Below, piece after piece: positions 1-14,375 of a stretch of 64,000 bases of DNA. The notes under the pieces are model-generated. The model saw only the letters and a list, made by a program, of their open reading frames with translations. It was not told the origin of the DNA and did not search any database. This DNA comes from Octopus vulgaris (taxonomy: Eukaryota). Location: assembly GCA_951406725.2 (NCBI GenBank), contig OX597825.1, positions 88,970,001 through 89,034,000 of the forward strand. Reading direction: 5' to 3'. The stretch's first letter is position 1, and every line of letters starts with the position of its first letter. The translations under genes and the position numbers were made by a program.

Positions 1-460
1 TGTTGTAGAACGCAGTACTTTGTCTAAATAGACCTGCTTTGTCACCGCTAGAAGCCACAGACAGCACAGTTACTCACAAGTTCTGTGTTGGATCGGCTAT
101 TAATCAATAGTCGCCTACTATGTTGAGATCCAGTAATATTCTTTACCTGTCCCTGCAACTTTCCCTCTCTCGTCAAAGGACTTTTTGATTTTTGAAAGTT
201 GAAGCTGTGCCGTATTGAATGAATAAATGTAAGTTGTCAGAAAACCCACATGTGATTTGATTTGAGTGTTGAAAGCCAGTGTAGAATCAGCCACAATTTT
301 TGGAAGTGATGATAGGAAGACTATGGTGCACATATGTGCCACAATACCAAGAACAACACTCCTCAGGCTTTTTCTTCAGAGGTTTCCATCTCCTAGTCAA
401 GCCGCTTTAAATAAGCTGGAGAGATTAGTCTACCCATGTGTCAGAATTTGCTGATTGTAC
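1..460 (-). mobile_element. Decayed RTE-like LINE 3' fragment
   Basis: Minus-strand remnants GLTRRWKPLKKSLR and CAVCG...KAGLFR resemble the RTE C-terminal GRP..R.KD..K segment and C2H2-like finger; heavily degraded. Confidence 0.4.
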
Positions 461-607
461 AGCTTTATTCAGGAAACTCTCAGCAAACAAAGATTGGATG
501 CATTCACCACGGTTAAGGAGCCCCATCTGCCCTCTAATATATGAAATTAAATACATCAAGTTTAAAATATTGATAAAATAAGATAAAACAGTAAATACAT
601 ATACACA

Positions 608-790
608 TCTTGGTTGGATGGTCGTTGGCTACTCATGACTTCCTCTGCCCTTTTGACAGGTTTTACTTTTCGTCCGCGCGGTGTCCAGCAACCCCCTCCT
701 CCTAAAGCAAGCTTGGTGGGGTTACCAGTTTAGTTGCTGACTACCCGACCATGTAACAGGTTGTATTGGGTTACATGTTTCCAGTAGCAA
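608..790 (-). mobile_element. RTE-like 5'UTR remnant
   Basis: GC-richer island with minus-strand TAGGAGGAGG...TAAAACCTG, similar to TAGGAGAAGG...TAAAACCTG at ~48183-48230; resembles RTE/BovB-type 5'UTRs (from memory). Confidence 0.35.
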
Positions 791-1098
791 AGAAGAGCGA
801 CTAAAAGTACTCGAGAGCGACCTGATTATATGTATATTGCGATTGAGTCAACTGGCCATTTCTTTCTCCTAATTACTCCGTTCTTTCATCTCCACCGTTT
901 GTAACCGCGACCAGGACTTTGTGACTTGGTAAGTCTATTCAATTCTGGTAGATAGCTTTTCACCATTGTTGAAATCGCCCTAACTCACGCCCACAAAATA
1001 GGCTGCAACAGGACTCTCTCTCTCCTCGCAACCTTTTTACCCTCAAGTGCATCCCCTTTTCCCTCTGTACTTACATACGTACATACATACATAAACAT

Positions 1099-1193
<95 letters not shown>

Positions 1194-1922
1194 TAAGCAA
1201 ATTATCAATATAAGGCTTAATTTATCAAACAAAATTCAATAAATTTCATCAAATAAATGGATTGAAGCAGATCAAATGTTAAAATGGATTATCCTTTTAT
1301 TCCATAACCCCAGACATTTGTTTCTGATAAAAAGGACCAATATTTCAATAAAAGAACATCACAAAGGTCAAATTTTTACTCTTGAGTAGGTGAGATTTTA
1401 AAGGAAAAATAAACAAAAAGACGTTTAAAATATAGATTGAATTTTTCTTAGTTATCATTATTATATAGGTGTTAGTATATGCTTTCTTCCAGTCACGAAA
1501 ATTTGAATCACGACTAGAAAATTAAAAGAGTTGGCTGTTTTAATATCTAATAGTTAATTCTTGACTTCCTCACTATGAAATCCAATAAATATATGTAGTT
1601 AAAAGAATCCCGCCAAATAAAATACTGGTTAAGATGTATGTGTATGTATAGTCAAAAGTACCAAATAAGGAGCTATATATTAATTCAAATTCATGTTTAA
1701 AATGTCTTAACTGTCGTCTATCGTATCTATTAAATTTCTAAGTAAATTACAAGTTAAAAATACAATGTGAAATCGATAAATAGTTTATATATATATTTGT
1801 TTGAATGTTTCTGAAAAGTCAATAATCAATACAAAATACAGGTATTATAAGTTGCATAATTTATCTAAAAACAGTTATATTTAATAGAATGAAAGCATAC
1901 GAATGAAACTTACCTACGTAGT

Positions 1923-2106
1923 ATGAAGAAGAACAGAAGGAGGAGGAGGAGGAAAAGGAGGAGGAGGAAAAGGAGGAGTAGAACGAGGAGGAGGAGGTGA
2001 AGGAGAAGGAAGCAGAAAAAGGGGGAGAGGAGGAGAAAGAACAGAAGGAGGTGAAGAAGAAGGAAGAGATGAGGGAGGAAGTGAAGGAACATACTACTAC
2101 TACTAT

Positions 2107-2168
<62 letters not shown>

Positions 2169-2425
2169 ATAATAATAATAATAATAATAATGAAAAGAAG
2201 AAGAAGAAGTGCAACGTCAGTAATGGTGACGATGATGATGAAAAAAGTAAAGGCAAAAAGAAATCCAAAAGTTGGAAATGAATGAAAAGCAAAAAAGACC
2301 TCAGTTTATTATCAGAATCACCCCTCATCATTGCTTTTGCTGTTGTTGCTGTTGTTGTTGTTGTTATTATTATTATTAGTAGTAGTAGTAGTAGTAGCAG
2401 CAGCAGTAACAGCAGCAGTAGTAGT
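1923..2425. repeat. Compound trinucleotide repeats (GAG/GAA, CTA, TAA, GTT, AGT, AGC)
   Basis: Seen directly; explains the homopolymeric ORFs at 1861-2521. Confidence 0.95.
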
Positions 2426-2690
2426 GTGGAGACGCGTGGCTTGAAAGAGTATTGCCTTCCAATCATGATTGTAAGATTATTGTTTCAACTCGTGGACCGC
2501 ATCAGGTTTTCGTGCATTTGAGCCGCCTTCATAACAAAATGTTACTCATTGCTGCTATGATGCTCACACACACGTCGCAGCATCCAGTCCTCTATACGAG
2601 ACAAGTACCTGTTTATACCTATTGTGGAGGTCATTATCATTATTATCACCGAGTGAGAAAGCCGCGCAGGCCATCAAAGTGACACTCGGT
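2426..2690 (+). mobile_element. Degenerate tRNA-derived SINE
   Basis: Head GGAGACGCGTGGCTTGA (A-box-like) and GTTTCAACTC (B-box-like); similar in style to the SINE at 19461. Confidence 0.35.
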
Positions 2691-2749
2691 TATAAATACA
2701 CGAAGCTCAATATATCCATCATGACTGCTCGTCTGATAAGGGTACACAA

Positions 2750-3260
2750 GGCACATGCATCACAACCATATGTACGCGACATGGTGACCTCACATAAAGA
2801 TGAATAGCACATAACCTTGCAGGTGGGGCCCAGTTAGAATTTTCTTCAGGTCGAGTAGTCCATCCCGCTGAAAAGGTCCCTGAAAAAGGATTGTGTAAGG
2901 ATGTTGAATGAAACACCCATATTTCCAGGGGTGAATTATCCAAACCACAACGGATTCCTCTCAACACATGGCTATGATGCTCCCCCACTATTTCTGCTCG
3001 TGTTCAGAGATGCACATATAGTCATCCACTAAGGGACATGCTCAACCGGTTAAGGTCAAACAACTCACATATTAATCCGTGATATTGAGCAGAATATTTG
3101 CTGTAGCCCATGTTTTATACCAAGACGAAACAATGTTTATGATAAGACTTCCAATCAGTCAAGATCAGAAGCCATAAAACCACTGCCTGGTACTGAATCA
3201 GGGCATTTAGTATGATGATGATCGTTATTATTATTATTGTTATTATTATAATTATTATCA
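2750..3260 (+). mobile_element. Interspersed repeat, LINE-type 3' end with (ATT)n tail
   Basis: GC-richer block ending ...CTGCCTGGTACTGAATCAGGGCATTT followed by an ATG/ATT triplet tail; recognised from memory as an abundant Octopus-type repeat. Confidence 0.55.
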
Positions 3261-3608
3261 GCAGTAATAGCAGCAGCTGCAGCAGAAGTAGAGACATACA
3301 GTTTCCGATATAAACCAATTTTGACTGACGGGGAAATATAATATATTTAATTTATTAGGTAATGTTTTAGTGTTTTTTCTTTTTTCTTTTTTATTAAGCT
3401 TCGTTTCGTAAAACCGAAATCGATCGAGATGAGATTAGATCAGAAATTAGAGAAACGGTGCTTAAAAACTAAATAATTAATGCTATTTATATTTTGCTAT
3501 TCCACTATTCCTACATGTGTGTGTGTTTGTGCGTGTGTGTGTGTGTATGTACGCGCGCGCGTGTATGTGTGTGTACGTGTGTGTGTGTGCGTGCGTGTAT
3601 GTGTGCGC

Positions 3609-3652
<44 letters not shown>

Positions 3653-4439
3653 GTGTGTTTCGAGAGAGATAATATTCTTGTCTTCTTCAACTTTGCCAGT
3701 TGTTAGCAGAAAACTACCTGTTGTGTGGTCTGCTATCAACGTAACTTATACTCAACTCTCTTTAACGTTGTCTTTTCTGCTTGTAATTTCATATTCTATT
3801 ATTTCCGGCACGCTGACCATACAGTGTGACCGTTCAGTCTGCTTGGCTCTGTTATTCAAACTTTCGTGACATTATTCAATCTACTAGCAAAGAATTATTT
3901 CAGTCATTCATTGCAATTATGTTTCCGTAACCTTTTCTCTTTGTCTTTTTATTTCATGTAGAGTTGTTCAGATCTAATTTTAGGTTTACAGGCTTAAATG
4001 TTTTCTCGGTTCTGTTCGTGTCAGACAAAAAATAGACTCACACGCATGCATGTATACAAATGCTCACGAACGGATATGTACACATGAAAAAACACATATA
4101 CATGTATGTATGTATGTATGTATGTATGTATGTATGTATGTATGTATGTATGTATGTATGTATGTATGTATGCATGCATGTATGTATGTATCTATATATA
4201 TATATATATACAAATACACACGTTCACACGCATACACACACACACAAACACATACATAGTGAGAGGGTGAGGGACCGACAGACAGATAGTGAGTTTGACG
4301 GAGATCTATTTAGAACTGGCGGTAATGCGCAATATTTGAAGTGGGATCCTGTGCACAGCCTTAGCTCTTTGGATGGAACAACAAGGGCAACAAACATTGT
4401 CCTGGTTGCATTGGGTCTGCAATCCCAAGAACACGAAGA

Positions 4440-4870
4440 ACTCTGAAGCAGTCCATGTCTCTTCAACTGTGTTTCCGGTTACCTTCTTTTGGTGCTTCTT
4501 AAAGTCATGACTGCAACTGTTGCAAATGGGAAAGGAGCACCATACCCGAACAACTTAATTCTGACATCAAAAAGGAATGCTTCCTCATTTCAACACTATT
4601 CATCATCTTTCTGGCCATCACGCATTCCGTTAAACCCTCACTTCTCTCTGGTGACGTCATCAAATAAAGGACAAATCAGAATCGATTCAGATTCAATCTT
4701 CTCAAATTAAGTACAAAAACAAAGTGTGACCTGTGTGAAAAATACTCACTCTACCGAGGAAGACCTTCAAAACATCGTCCGTTTCCTGACATTTGCGTAC
4801 AATAAAGCCAGGGTCTTCACCAGTCTCAGGAAAACTTGAGTTGTGTTTATATCAGCTTTAGATATAAATC
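4440..4870 (+). mobile_element. Decayed RTE LINE reverse transcriptase fragment
   Basis: Frameshifted remnants MTATVANG and EEDLQNIVRFLTFAYNKARVFTSLRKT, matching the RTE RT pattern H.EE.LQ.....F......GL.I...KT. Confidence 0.6.
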
Positions 4871-7800
4871 TCCTGGAAAACGTCAGCTTTGACTATTTAG
4901 GGAATCATTTATGACTGAAGTATGCAGGACTACTATTGATAGACTTCAAGTGTGAATTTTTATCGATTCGAACTTATCAATACGACATTCTTCTTGTACG
5001 GAGCAGAAACGCTCGATATCTGAACCAACTGGAGCACTTATACCATTTTGCTCTCGTGGTGTCCTTAAGGTCAGACCGGAAGGACTACAGAATCAATGTA
5101 GTGTGTAGCGCACACTGTGTTGTTTCTCTGTAAAATATTTCATGCTTGTGGAATACTCACATGAAGTACATAACATTTGTATCACGCATAGTATGGTGTC
5201 TGTTATAAAGTCCATATCATCGAGAAGACAATTTCTGAAAAGAATCCAAAACCAAAACATTGAATTTTAAAATAAGCAATGGATTTACAATATGCGAAGG
5301 AGATGGAAGATATTTTGGTAACTGCAGTATACTTCAGAATACATGGCAGCATTCATTTCGATTTGAATCAAAGAAATAAACCTAAACATTTTATCTTAAA
5401 CACAATCTTCTATATCGAGTTGTTTATTGTTGTTTTCTCGGTTACAAATTACAAGAATTATCATTACATTTCTGAATTCTAAAACATTCTACAGGATGCC
5501 ATTGGTTTAGCTGAGAAATACTATCAATAATATTGGATCAAGACATATTCTTATGACAATTTCTTCCCACTAATTTAATGTAGAAACAGCAAGCAAGGAA
5601 ATATTTTAAAAATCTATGGCTTTCCAACAGTAAATTGCAATTTTAGTAATTTAGGCATTTCATTTGCCAAACACATTAGATGCCGTCACATCCAGTTTAT
5701 TACTCTCCATAATAAAACTATTTCCATCATTGGCACTAATGTCATTGTAATAAATAATCTAACATTCTTCTCTGATGTTACACTTAAATACATTTCCGCA
5801 CAAATATCACTGATACTGTTAGAACTTGTGATTTAAAATTTTTTTCTGTTTTCTTTATGAAGATGACGGTCTTCGTAATATCTATTCCGTACCTTGAAAA
5901 AACAATATAACAAGGAGTAAACCCTTTATAACTTACTCTCCTCCCATTTTCTCTTAATATCCACCGATCATTGACCAATGACACTATTTGGAAATTGGAC
6001 GTTATCTGTTTAAATAAGTTCTTTGTATGGATAGGGAAGAAATGAAGAGACGAATCTACAACAAATTATATGAATTCAGAAACAAAACCTGATTCCAAAA
6101 TTATAGCGGCCAATCACACACAAAGCATAGTTTGGTAATAACAATAACACGTTTTCTCGAAACGACCGGAAATTTGGGGAACAGAAAATAGTTGAATGTA
6201 ATAACCTTAAACTGTCGGCCACAGTTCGGATCTAGGCCAACAAGATATATGACATGTGTATGCATGGAAAAACCTCACCGGGAAGCAATTTAAGTTCCGA
6301 TTCCAGGCAGTTATTGATCCCATGAAAATAGAAGGCGACGTTCTGGTGGGAGATAAGCGTTGTGAAGTGAAGGGCTGCCTAAGTGGTAGGGAACTAGCCA
6401 CATATGGACAGTTGAAGCCCATGTAAGGATCGAAGAGGAGAGAGATAGAGAGTGATTGAGTGTGTGTGCGTGTGTGTGTGTGTGATTGAGAGAGAGAGAG
6501 AGACAGAGAAAGAGAGGGAGAGGGAGAGCAAGAGAAAGGGAAGATAAGTAATTTAGATTGATCGTGTGTACTGTTAGAGATTCCTTAAAAAAACAACATA
6601 CACTGTTTTCGCCTGCCATACCAGATTAGGAATTCAATCGCTTGTAGCTTTTAGGAAGGGGGAAGTACACAACTCCTTCGGATATGTGTCGAATCTCAAT
6701 ATATGTGTTCTGCTGTTAAAGATGATTAGATTGTCATTAACCTGACAATATGTTTGGTTTATTTGCTTAGGCACCCGCAATGGAGTGGCTTTCTTTGTTG
6801 AAAGACTTATATAACAGGGATCGAGTTTCATTCAGAAGCCAGTTTCTTCGTTCTCGGACGCGATTAACTAAATCCGATTGTTCAACTGCTTCAGTTGAGC
6901 TTATCCATTTTAACAATCGTACAACCTTTTCTATTATTACAATCACTGTATTGTTTATTAATAGACGATGTGGGAGGCTAACACTTGGAAATTCTCGCAA
7001 GAATGCCTACTGTTAATGACGAAGATTTGAATACCGACAATATATTTTTTATTTGATACTCTCAAACAAAGTCCTTGTAAATAAACCTAGAGGTATATTA
7101 TAAAGTTGAAGCTATTTATCGTTACTCTCTACCTAGAAGCGAGTCGTATATTAACAAAGGCGAATAACGTAATTCTAACTTCCACTTTAATCGCATGAAT
7201 CAGAAATTCCTAATTATTGCTCTTCATTAATGACGATTGTGGATTTAATAACTGTGTCAAATGACTAGAATAACCTAATAGACAGTCTTAGCATAACTAT
7301 AGAAACGACTTTTGAAAGTAGAATCAAACTCTCTCTCTTCAAATTATGGCCCACGTTAGGTATTATTGGTTAAATGTAATTCAGCCTTTAGTCATGTAAT
7401 ATGTTTGATCTGTTACGTATCAATGTTTCTACTACAATAAGAATTATACGCATTTATCCAAATCACCAATAGTAGAAACGGTAGAGATATATCGGAATAT
7501 CAATTCGATAATACAGATTGTGAATGTAAGAGTTAAACAATGATTGAATACAAACAAGAGTAAATATATTCCGATGCAGATCGTTTTCGTTTGCAATTAT
7601 CTGTGCCTCAAAGTATTTATAGGTTTCAGGTGAAGAATAACATAATCAATACGTTTCTATCCTTGCTATAGGAAGCAAATGAGGCTGACAAATCCGATAT
7701 TTTTCCCATCATATACCTACTTTGCTAGATGAAACATTAAATCTCATACATTGCAAACGATACACAGAATATAAAATTATTTACATTTTGTTGGTTCACA

Positions 7801-7884
7801 TGTTAAAGTCTATTCAACTGCACAACTAGTTCGTACTGATCTCTGCTAAATACACGCTCTCATACACACATACACACATATGCA

Positions 7885-8290
7885 GTCTGGTCAGGCGAAA
7901 GTTGGTATTTTATGACTCGTTTCGAAAGAAAAGCTTCATGTATTAGTGAAAAGTCAACGGCACTGGAGAGCATAAAGATTAAAGTTATAGTTCAGAAAAA
8001 TGTTAGCTAACATGGAGGAATGGAAGCCAGCTGAAAATTTGAAAAACATATACATGTAGCATGATGAGTCGCGTCGTCTATTACGTTTTCTCACATCACG
8101 ACTGCGGCTCAACGCCCTGTGAACACTGGAAAGGCTGGAAGATGTGTGATGGACACAGCAACAAACAATTCTCCTCAAAATATGATGGTATTTGGATTCC
8201 TGTAGGGGTGGCTTGATGCCGCTCCACAACTTTGAGCGAGACCTTAGGCCCAATTGAGGCAGCTATGTTAAGCTGCTGGAGAAAGGATTC
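7885..8290 (+). mobile_element. Internally deleted Tc1/mariner (maT/DD37D-like) relic
   Basis: 8160-8280 translates as ..PQNMMVFG.. and GLMPLHNFERDLRPN*GSYVKLLE, matching the maT-type pattern P.TVMVFG...DVMPPH.F..GL.LN...Y..LL. Confidence 0.55.
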
Positions 8291-9765
8291 ACCATAAGTA
8301 TAAAGTCTGAGTCTTTAATAATTTTAAGAACATCGACTTCGTAGAGTTGTTAGCCGGCGGGTTGGGGTGCCTGCACACTGGCGTGCTCAACGATGAATCT
8401 TCGAAGCTGCAGTAAATATCATTAGTAAACACACACACACACACACACGTGCTCACATATGCGTATACATTTACAGAGGGAGGGAGGAAAAGAGATTTCA
8501 TAGCGATACAAAGTAAGAGCTTAAGTGCTTGAATACCAACAATGATAAGTCAGAACATCTGATTCTACACAGCAGCAAAACGTGGGTTATAATTAGGAAG
8601 AGTAACCGTATAGGTTAAGAACACTTGAATTGCTCGTCGAATAACAAAATCCAGCGTCCATAAACTGGAAAATTTTGATGTTCTGAATGGAGGGGTATGT
8701 AGCTATAATGTCACTTGCACATTCTGGATTCGCATCACACTTTTAAAAGTAAGTCTTTTCATAAATGAAAAGTCATAGATCAGGGGACGAACCCGGACGC
8801 CACTTTTTGTGCACAACGTCAGCAGTCCAGCTTAGCCTTCTTGTCCTTTATATCCACATTGTTAATCTGTTTTAACCTCTATTCTATATTTCCAATTTTT
8901 TTTCTTTATAAAAGAGAATGGTGTTATATGAAGTATACATGTATCCTCATTGTTCAAATATTCAGTTGTGGGACCCACTGTTATTCAGAACACGCACAGA
9001 ATTCCATTGAGACAGGTAACTGGCATTTTGGTCAAGTAGTTTATCTTCTGTATTCGTATTGATAATTTCCGCTTCTGTGTAACATCGATGAGTGACCTTG
9101 ACTGAATATCGCAAGCCTTTAGGCTTAACACCGCCCGAGAAAATCACTTGTTCAAAAACGTAGAAGAAAAGATAATCGATCAAAAATCTCGATATATCAC
9201 AGTGACATTGGTTTCGTGTACAAATCTAACGCAGGGTTTTGCAATTCAACATTTGAAAACTGTTTGACAACTAATTACAAGACATTACAGGTTCTCTGCG
9301 AGACAATGCTGTTATTGTCTACATCAGAACTTACAAATCGCACTATGCAGACTTAAATAAGAATGACACGTTGTGGAGGTATAAATGAAGTGTGGTACAC
9401 GTTTTCAGCAGGTAACTGTGTCATGTACGAAGGTTTATGGAAAATGAGTTTCGTCGGAAAGGTTGAGCAACGAGGTAATTTCGAATACTGAGTATACTTA
9501 CATCAAGAATGTTCTGGGAAAAATCTACTTCGATGCAGTGTAGCTAAGGAAGACTGGCTGCAATAGGAAACATCTGCTGATGACGTAAGCAGAGAGAAGA
9601 ATCTCTCAAAATATGGGAGAGATAATGAAATTAAGACTGTATATATGTGTGTGTGCTAACACAACAAGCGCACGCATATATTTATAAACATGCATACACA
9701 TATACATACGCATGCATATATACACTTAAGTATACATGCATACGTATACATTGTGCTTATATATG

Positions 9766-9798
<33 letters not shown>

Positions 9799-9843
9799 TT
9801 ATGTATATATATATATATATATATAACACATAGACTTGCACGG

Positions 9844-10056
<213 letters not shown>

Positions 10057-12107
10057 ACATGAGCTATTAGATATGGAATAAAATTCTGAGAAGTATTTCT
10101 CATCCTCTGCTGCAATTTAACAGACATCAAAAGAGGCAAGGAGGAAATGCAATGCGAAGTGTATTCTGCTTCTCTTCTTAGTTTGTAGAATCACTTTCTT
10201 TGGCAAATTGCCTGAAGACAATATGGAAGTAATTTGCAGACATCAAAGGATCTATGGCAATTCTCAATTTGATTTAATCTCAGAGATATTATCAGTAGCC
10301 AGATTCCATAACAGCAACTAAAAATGTTATTTTTTAAGAATTAACTTCATTTCAAACTTCAAATATAATATATTCAACTGAAATAAGCATTGAAATCGGT
10401 ATAGCACCAACTTAATGTGTAGTTGCATGCCTGTTTAAGTCCTTCTTCCACCATCACTTAAACTTTTGTTCAGTATTGATTACTCTTAAATAGGTAAAAG
10501 ATAAAACGGTGCATCCATTTGATCGCCTCATTGTAACATCCATTCGTGGCTCTAAACTTATTGATATATCCTATCATATCCTATCATATCGTATCATAAA
10601 TATCAGATCATAAATAGTAACGGAACTGGTAAAAATTGTCCAAAGCATCTTTTACTTGTTCATTTCATTCTTAACGGTTGTATATATTTTCGGTCAAGTC
10701 CGAAACCCCAATTTTTGAGGATAAAACGGTTTTGTAATTGCAGGGGATTATTGGAAACATGTAAATGCCTTTGTACACCATTATGTCAAACGCAGTTACA
10801 GTGAATCACGATTAAAGGAAATTGCAAATGGCATAGCTAAGATTAGCAAAGAGAGCCACCCAGCCACTCCGAAATTTGAGTTCAGAACGTAAAGACGACG
10901 TGCGAACTATTCTGTTAGTACGTATCCTTAAAACCAATAATAATAATAATAATAAAATAGATTTTTCTTCTTATGAGATTTGTTGTCATTCACTGTTACT
11001 TCTGGCTTTCTTCCTATACCCCCCCCCCCCTGTATATACTTACAATCGCTGGACTCTTTGTATGAGAAAGTCATCTCGGAAATCCACAGCAAGGTATATA
11101 TTCATACGTTTTGATTTTTATAGTTCTCATATTTATAATTTAGGAAGCTTCACAGAATTTTGTCATACTGAGCTTCTCTGCGCAAGGTCTAAAAATACTA
11201 ATCAATACTAAAAAATGATATCAACGTTTCGAAATGGAAACCAGCCAAATCATTGCAAAGGAAATTTGGTTAAAACCTGACATATACCTGTAAGAAGAAT
11301 CTCCTGGAGAGTTTCCTTATTTACGGTATGCGTTGGACCAACTCAAAGTTTATAGCTTTCCGACTTACGAAGAAAGAAATGTTGAGAAGAATCACTGACG
11401 AAACAACTAATAGTAAATTGTTTTCGCAGGATTCCAGATAAGAAATTAAATTCAATTAATTCCGGAATTTATCAGGTGACATAAAGATATATCCAATACC
11501 ATTCTTAGAAAACGTTTCTTTAATGCAGTCGTACAGATAAAGATTTATTAAAAATTTGTACATAACAACTAGAGTCTTAATGATAAAATGGAAAGCTGGA
11601 AAAATATTAGAAAAAAATCTTTAATTTTATTTGATTCTCTTGTGATAGAAATTCTGAAAGATATTATAATCGATAATTATATTGTAAACACCTGTTTAAT
11701 TAAATTACTATAATTTAATACAATGATAAATTCTTTACGTCTAATGTATAAAATATAGTAAACGATATAACTTAATTACTTCTGAATAGTTCTCACGTTG
11801 GCAATTCCGCTTTAAAAACAATGTAGAATAAAAAATCTTCTGCATTTAGGAAATTCTCACTCATCTATGTTACAGAACAATACTGATGAATACAAATTTT
11901 GTCTTGAATCTTTAAGCGATTTCTAATTTGCTAAATAACTGTTAATCTCAAGCATTCGTTTCACCTCATTGTTTCTCTTTCGACCGGAAATAGTTCTGTC
12001 GATTGATCATTTATTACCAAGATTCTGTTCACTCAAAACAGAGCACTGGAGATCCTCCGATATTTTATTTCAAATTGCAAGGACGTAGTGTCTCTTTATA
12101 TTTCCGA

Positions 12108-12876
12108 CTAGCAGCATAGCCCGGCGTTGCCCGAGTATGTAAGAGCCTCTAGTAGGCAACGACTAATCCCGATCTAGTCCTTTCCCTCTCGGGAACGAAG
12201 GCGCAGGTGTATACGACGTTCCTAGCTGTCCCTTTGGGCGAAAACATGAAAATATCATTGCGCCTCCCAACGCGTGAACAGCCCACGTAGAGTTGACCGT
12301 GGGCGAAGCACTGTTCGCCCAAATGTAACCCAGTGACTTGTAGCATTTGGCCTTGGGCTTTATTGATGGACTGGCGGTGTTGGGAGATAAAGTTTTGAAT
12401 GTAATTTCTTCCTGGTAGGAATTGGTTTACCAAAACTTAGGTTAGTCTGGAGCTTTCGATGTGACCTTTGCTTTGTATGTGGGATACCTTGAAGATTAAG
12501 TCTAGATTTCCTCCTGTGGGTTGAATTATTGATAGCTGTTTTATAGTTATTTCGGGGAGTAAGAGTTAAAGACGGTCGAGTTGCGTCCCCTAGATAGTCT
12601 GTGGTTTGTGTTTAATACACAAATCGGTTTGCTATGTGTGTCACATATGATTTAATTAACCAATTTTTTCCAGTAATAAAGTATCCTATTGGAATAAAAA
12701 GGGCCATATAGCTCCTGGAGCAGACATGATGCTCGCTGTGAATTTAAAAAGAAATTCCTGCCAATTTGTTAAAGATATTGTCGAAAATATGTCATCTTGA
12801 ATTTGAATGCGATTTCCCAAAATGGCATGAGACACAAACAGACACACAGACAGACAAACTGTCTTTTATATAGAGA
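12108..12876 (-). mobile_element. Non-autonomous Helitron carrying a Pif1 helicase C-terminal fragment
   Basis: Minus strand: 5' TCTCTATATAAAAG; 3' GC-rich hairpin CGGGCAACGCCGGG followed by CTAG|T. Internal ORF 12149-12433 has SINKAQGQML..GLHL...FAHGQLYVGCSRV (Pif1/RepHel helicase motifs V-VI). Confidence 0.88.
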
Positions 12877-12899
12877 AATATATATTAGTTTCAACGTTT

Positions 12900-13080
12900 G
12901 GTACAGAGGAGAGGGTAAGTCGATTAAATCCACCCCAGGGCTCAACTGGGATTTATTTTATTGACCTTGAAAGGATGAAAAGCAAAGGCGACCTTGCCAG
13001 AATTTACACTGAAACTGTAAAGACGAATGAAATGCTACCGAGCAATTTGCCCAGTCTGCTAAGGATTCTGTCGCCGCCCC
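12900..13080 (-). mobile_element. tRNA-derived SINE (Meta-domain-like core)
   Basis: Reverse complement contains GCTTTTCATCCTTTCAAGGTCAATAAAATAA; homologous to the plus-strand copy at 31720-31880. Confidence 0.7.
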
Positions 13081-13414
13081 ATATAATTCCGTTATATTAA
13101 AAAATCGTCTTCTGAATGGTGCAAAATGAGAGAGGAAAGAGGAAGAATCACTGACACTGGTGGGTTCGAATAATCAAAACATATATCGATACAATGGCTA
13201 GTGATGTTTAAGAGATTTCTACTTCAGCAAAAATGAAGCAGCATGGGTGTATAAATAGAATATGTTCAACGTGAAACGAAGTTTGGAGTGAGTGGATATA
13301 AATTTTATAATTTATGGGAAGCTAACACGGACATATTCACAGAAAAAAATGTTTCGTGGTTGTTTATTTTGTTTACAATCAATCGTTTATTAAAAGTTAT
13401 TGCGTCCAAACACA

Positions 13415-14375
13415 GAAAGTTACCGGACAAGTTACATAGACTAAAAAATATCTTATTTAGTTAAGTTTCAGCATCATCCCTTTCGAAATAGTCACCTTGA
13501 TACACCGGTCCCAGCGTTCCGGTCATTTGGAATTTGGCCAGGAAGTCGTTTTCCGAAAGCAAGTCGAGGATCTTCTTTGATATGCTCTACATTTTGATAG
13601 CAGGGTTAAAACGGCGACCTGAGAGCTACGTTTCCATCTTAGAGAGGAGATGGAAGTCCGTAGATGCTAAATCTAGCGAATAGCGCGGGTGTGGAAGTGA
13701 CACCTTATTGCTTTTGGCAAGAAACTGACGAGTAAGGAGGGCTCGGACACAGGGTGCAGGGTCGTCGTGAAGAATTCAATTCTTCGCGCTGAATATTCTC
13801 CCTCAAACACTTCAAAACGTCGCCGTAGAACTGTTGACTGATGGTTTGGCCCTGGGAGACGAATTCTCGATGCACAATAACCACGGATTTCGAAAACAAG
13901 CCATGAGCACACTCTTGATTGAGTTACAGCTCTGTCGTGCCTTCTTCCGTCGTCGGGATGAAGGCATCTTCCATTGTGACAACTGCTGCTTCGTCTCAGG
14001 GTCCTACTCGGAGAACCAACTCTCGTCATCGGTGATAGTTCTCGACATGAAGCAAGATGACGGAGCTGTTGGCAGATTTCGATGAAAATGTTCTTTCTGC
14101 TCAGTGGTCAGCGGACGGGGAACACCCTTGGCAGACAGACCGCATGTTGAATTCAGACTTTAGGATTGCCGAACATTTCACGCTGGCTCTGTGTTTCAAC
14201 TTCCTGTCCACGAGGAAAATCGCAGATTACAACATACACGTGATCACGAAAATACAAATTTCACAACTTGCAAAGTAAACATACTGAGGATACTCAGCAC
14301 ACCACCTCATAAAGGTGCTGCCATCTGTTGGCGCGCTACAAAACTAGTTCGGAAACGTTTTGATACCACCTCGTA
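13415..14375 (-). mobile_element. Decayed mariner transposon
   Basis: TIR TACGAGGTGGTATCAAAACGTTTCC at 14375-14351; remnants ITDDESWFSE*DPETKQQLSQWK and IVHREFVSQGQTISQQFYGDVLKCLRENI; the other TIR is degenerate near 13415. Confidence 0.85.

Noticed and set aside
985-4446. ORFs rich in YI/CV/HT/poly-L/T/E (and similar ones throughout the window)
   Set aside because: Translations of microsatellites; no coding signal.
6760-7016. Possible exon or ORF (RNGVAFFVERL)
   Set aside because: Could be a decayed RTE endonuclease remnant; too weak to call either way.
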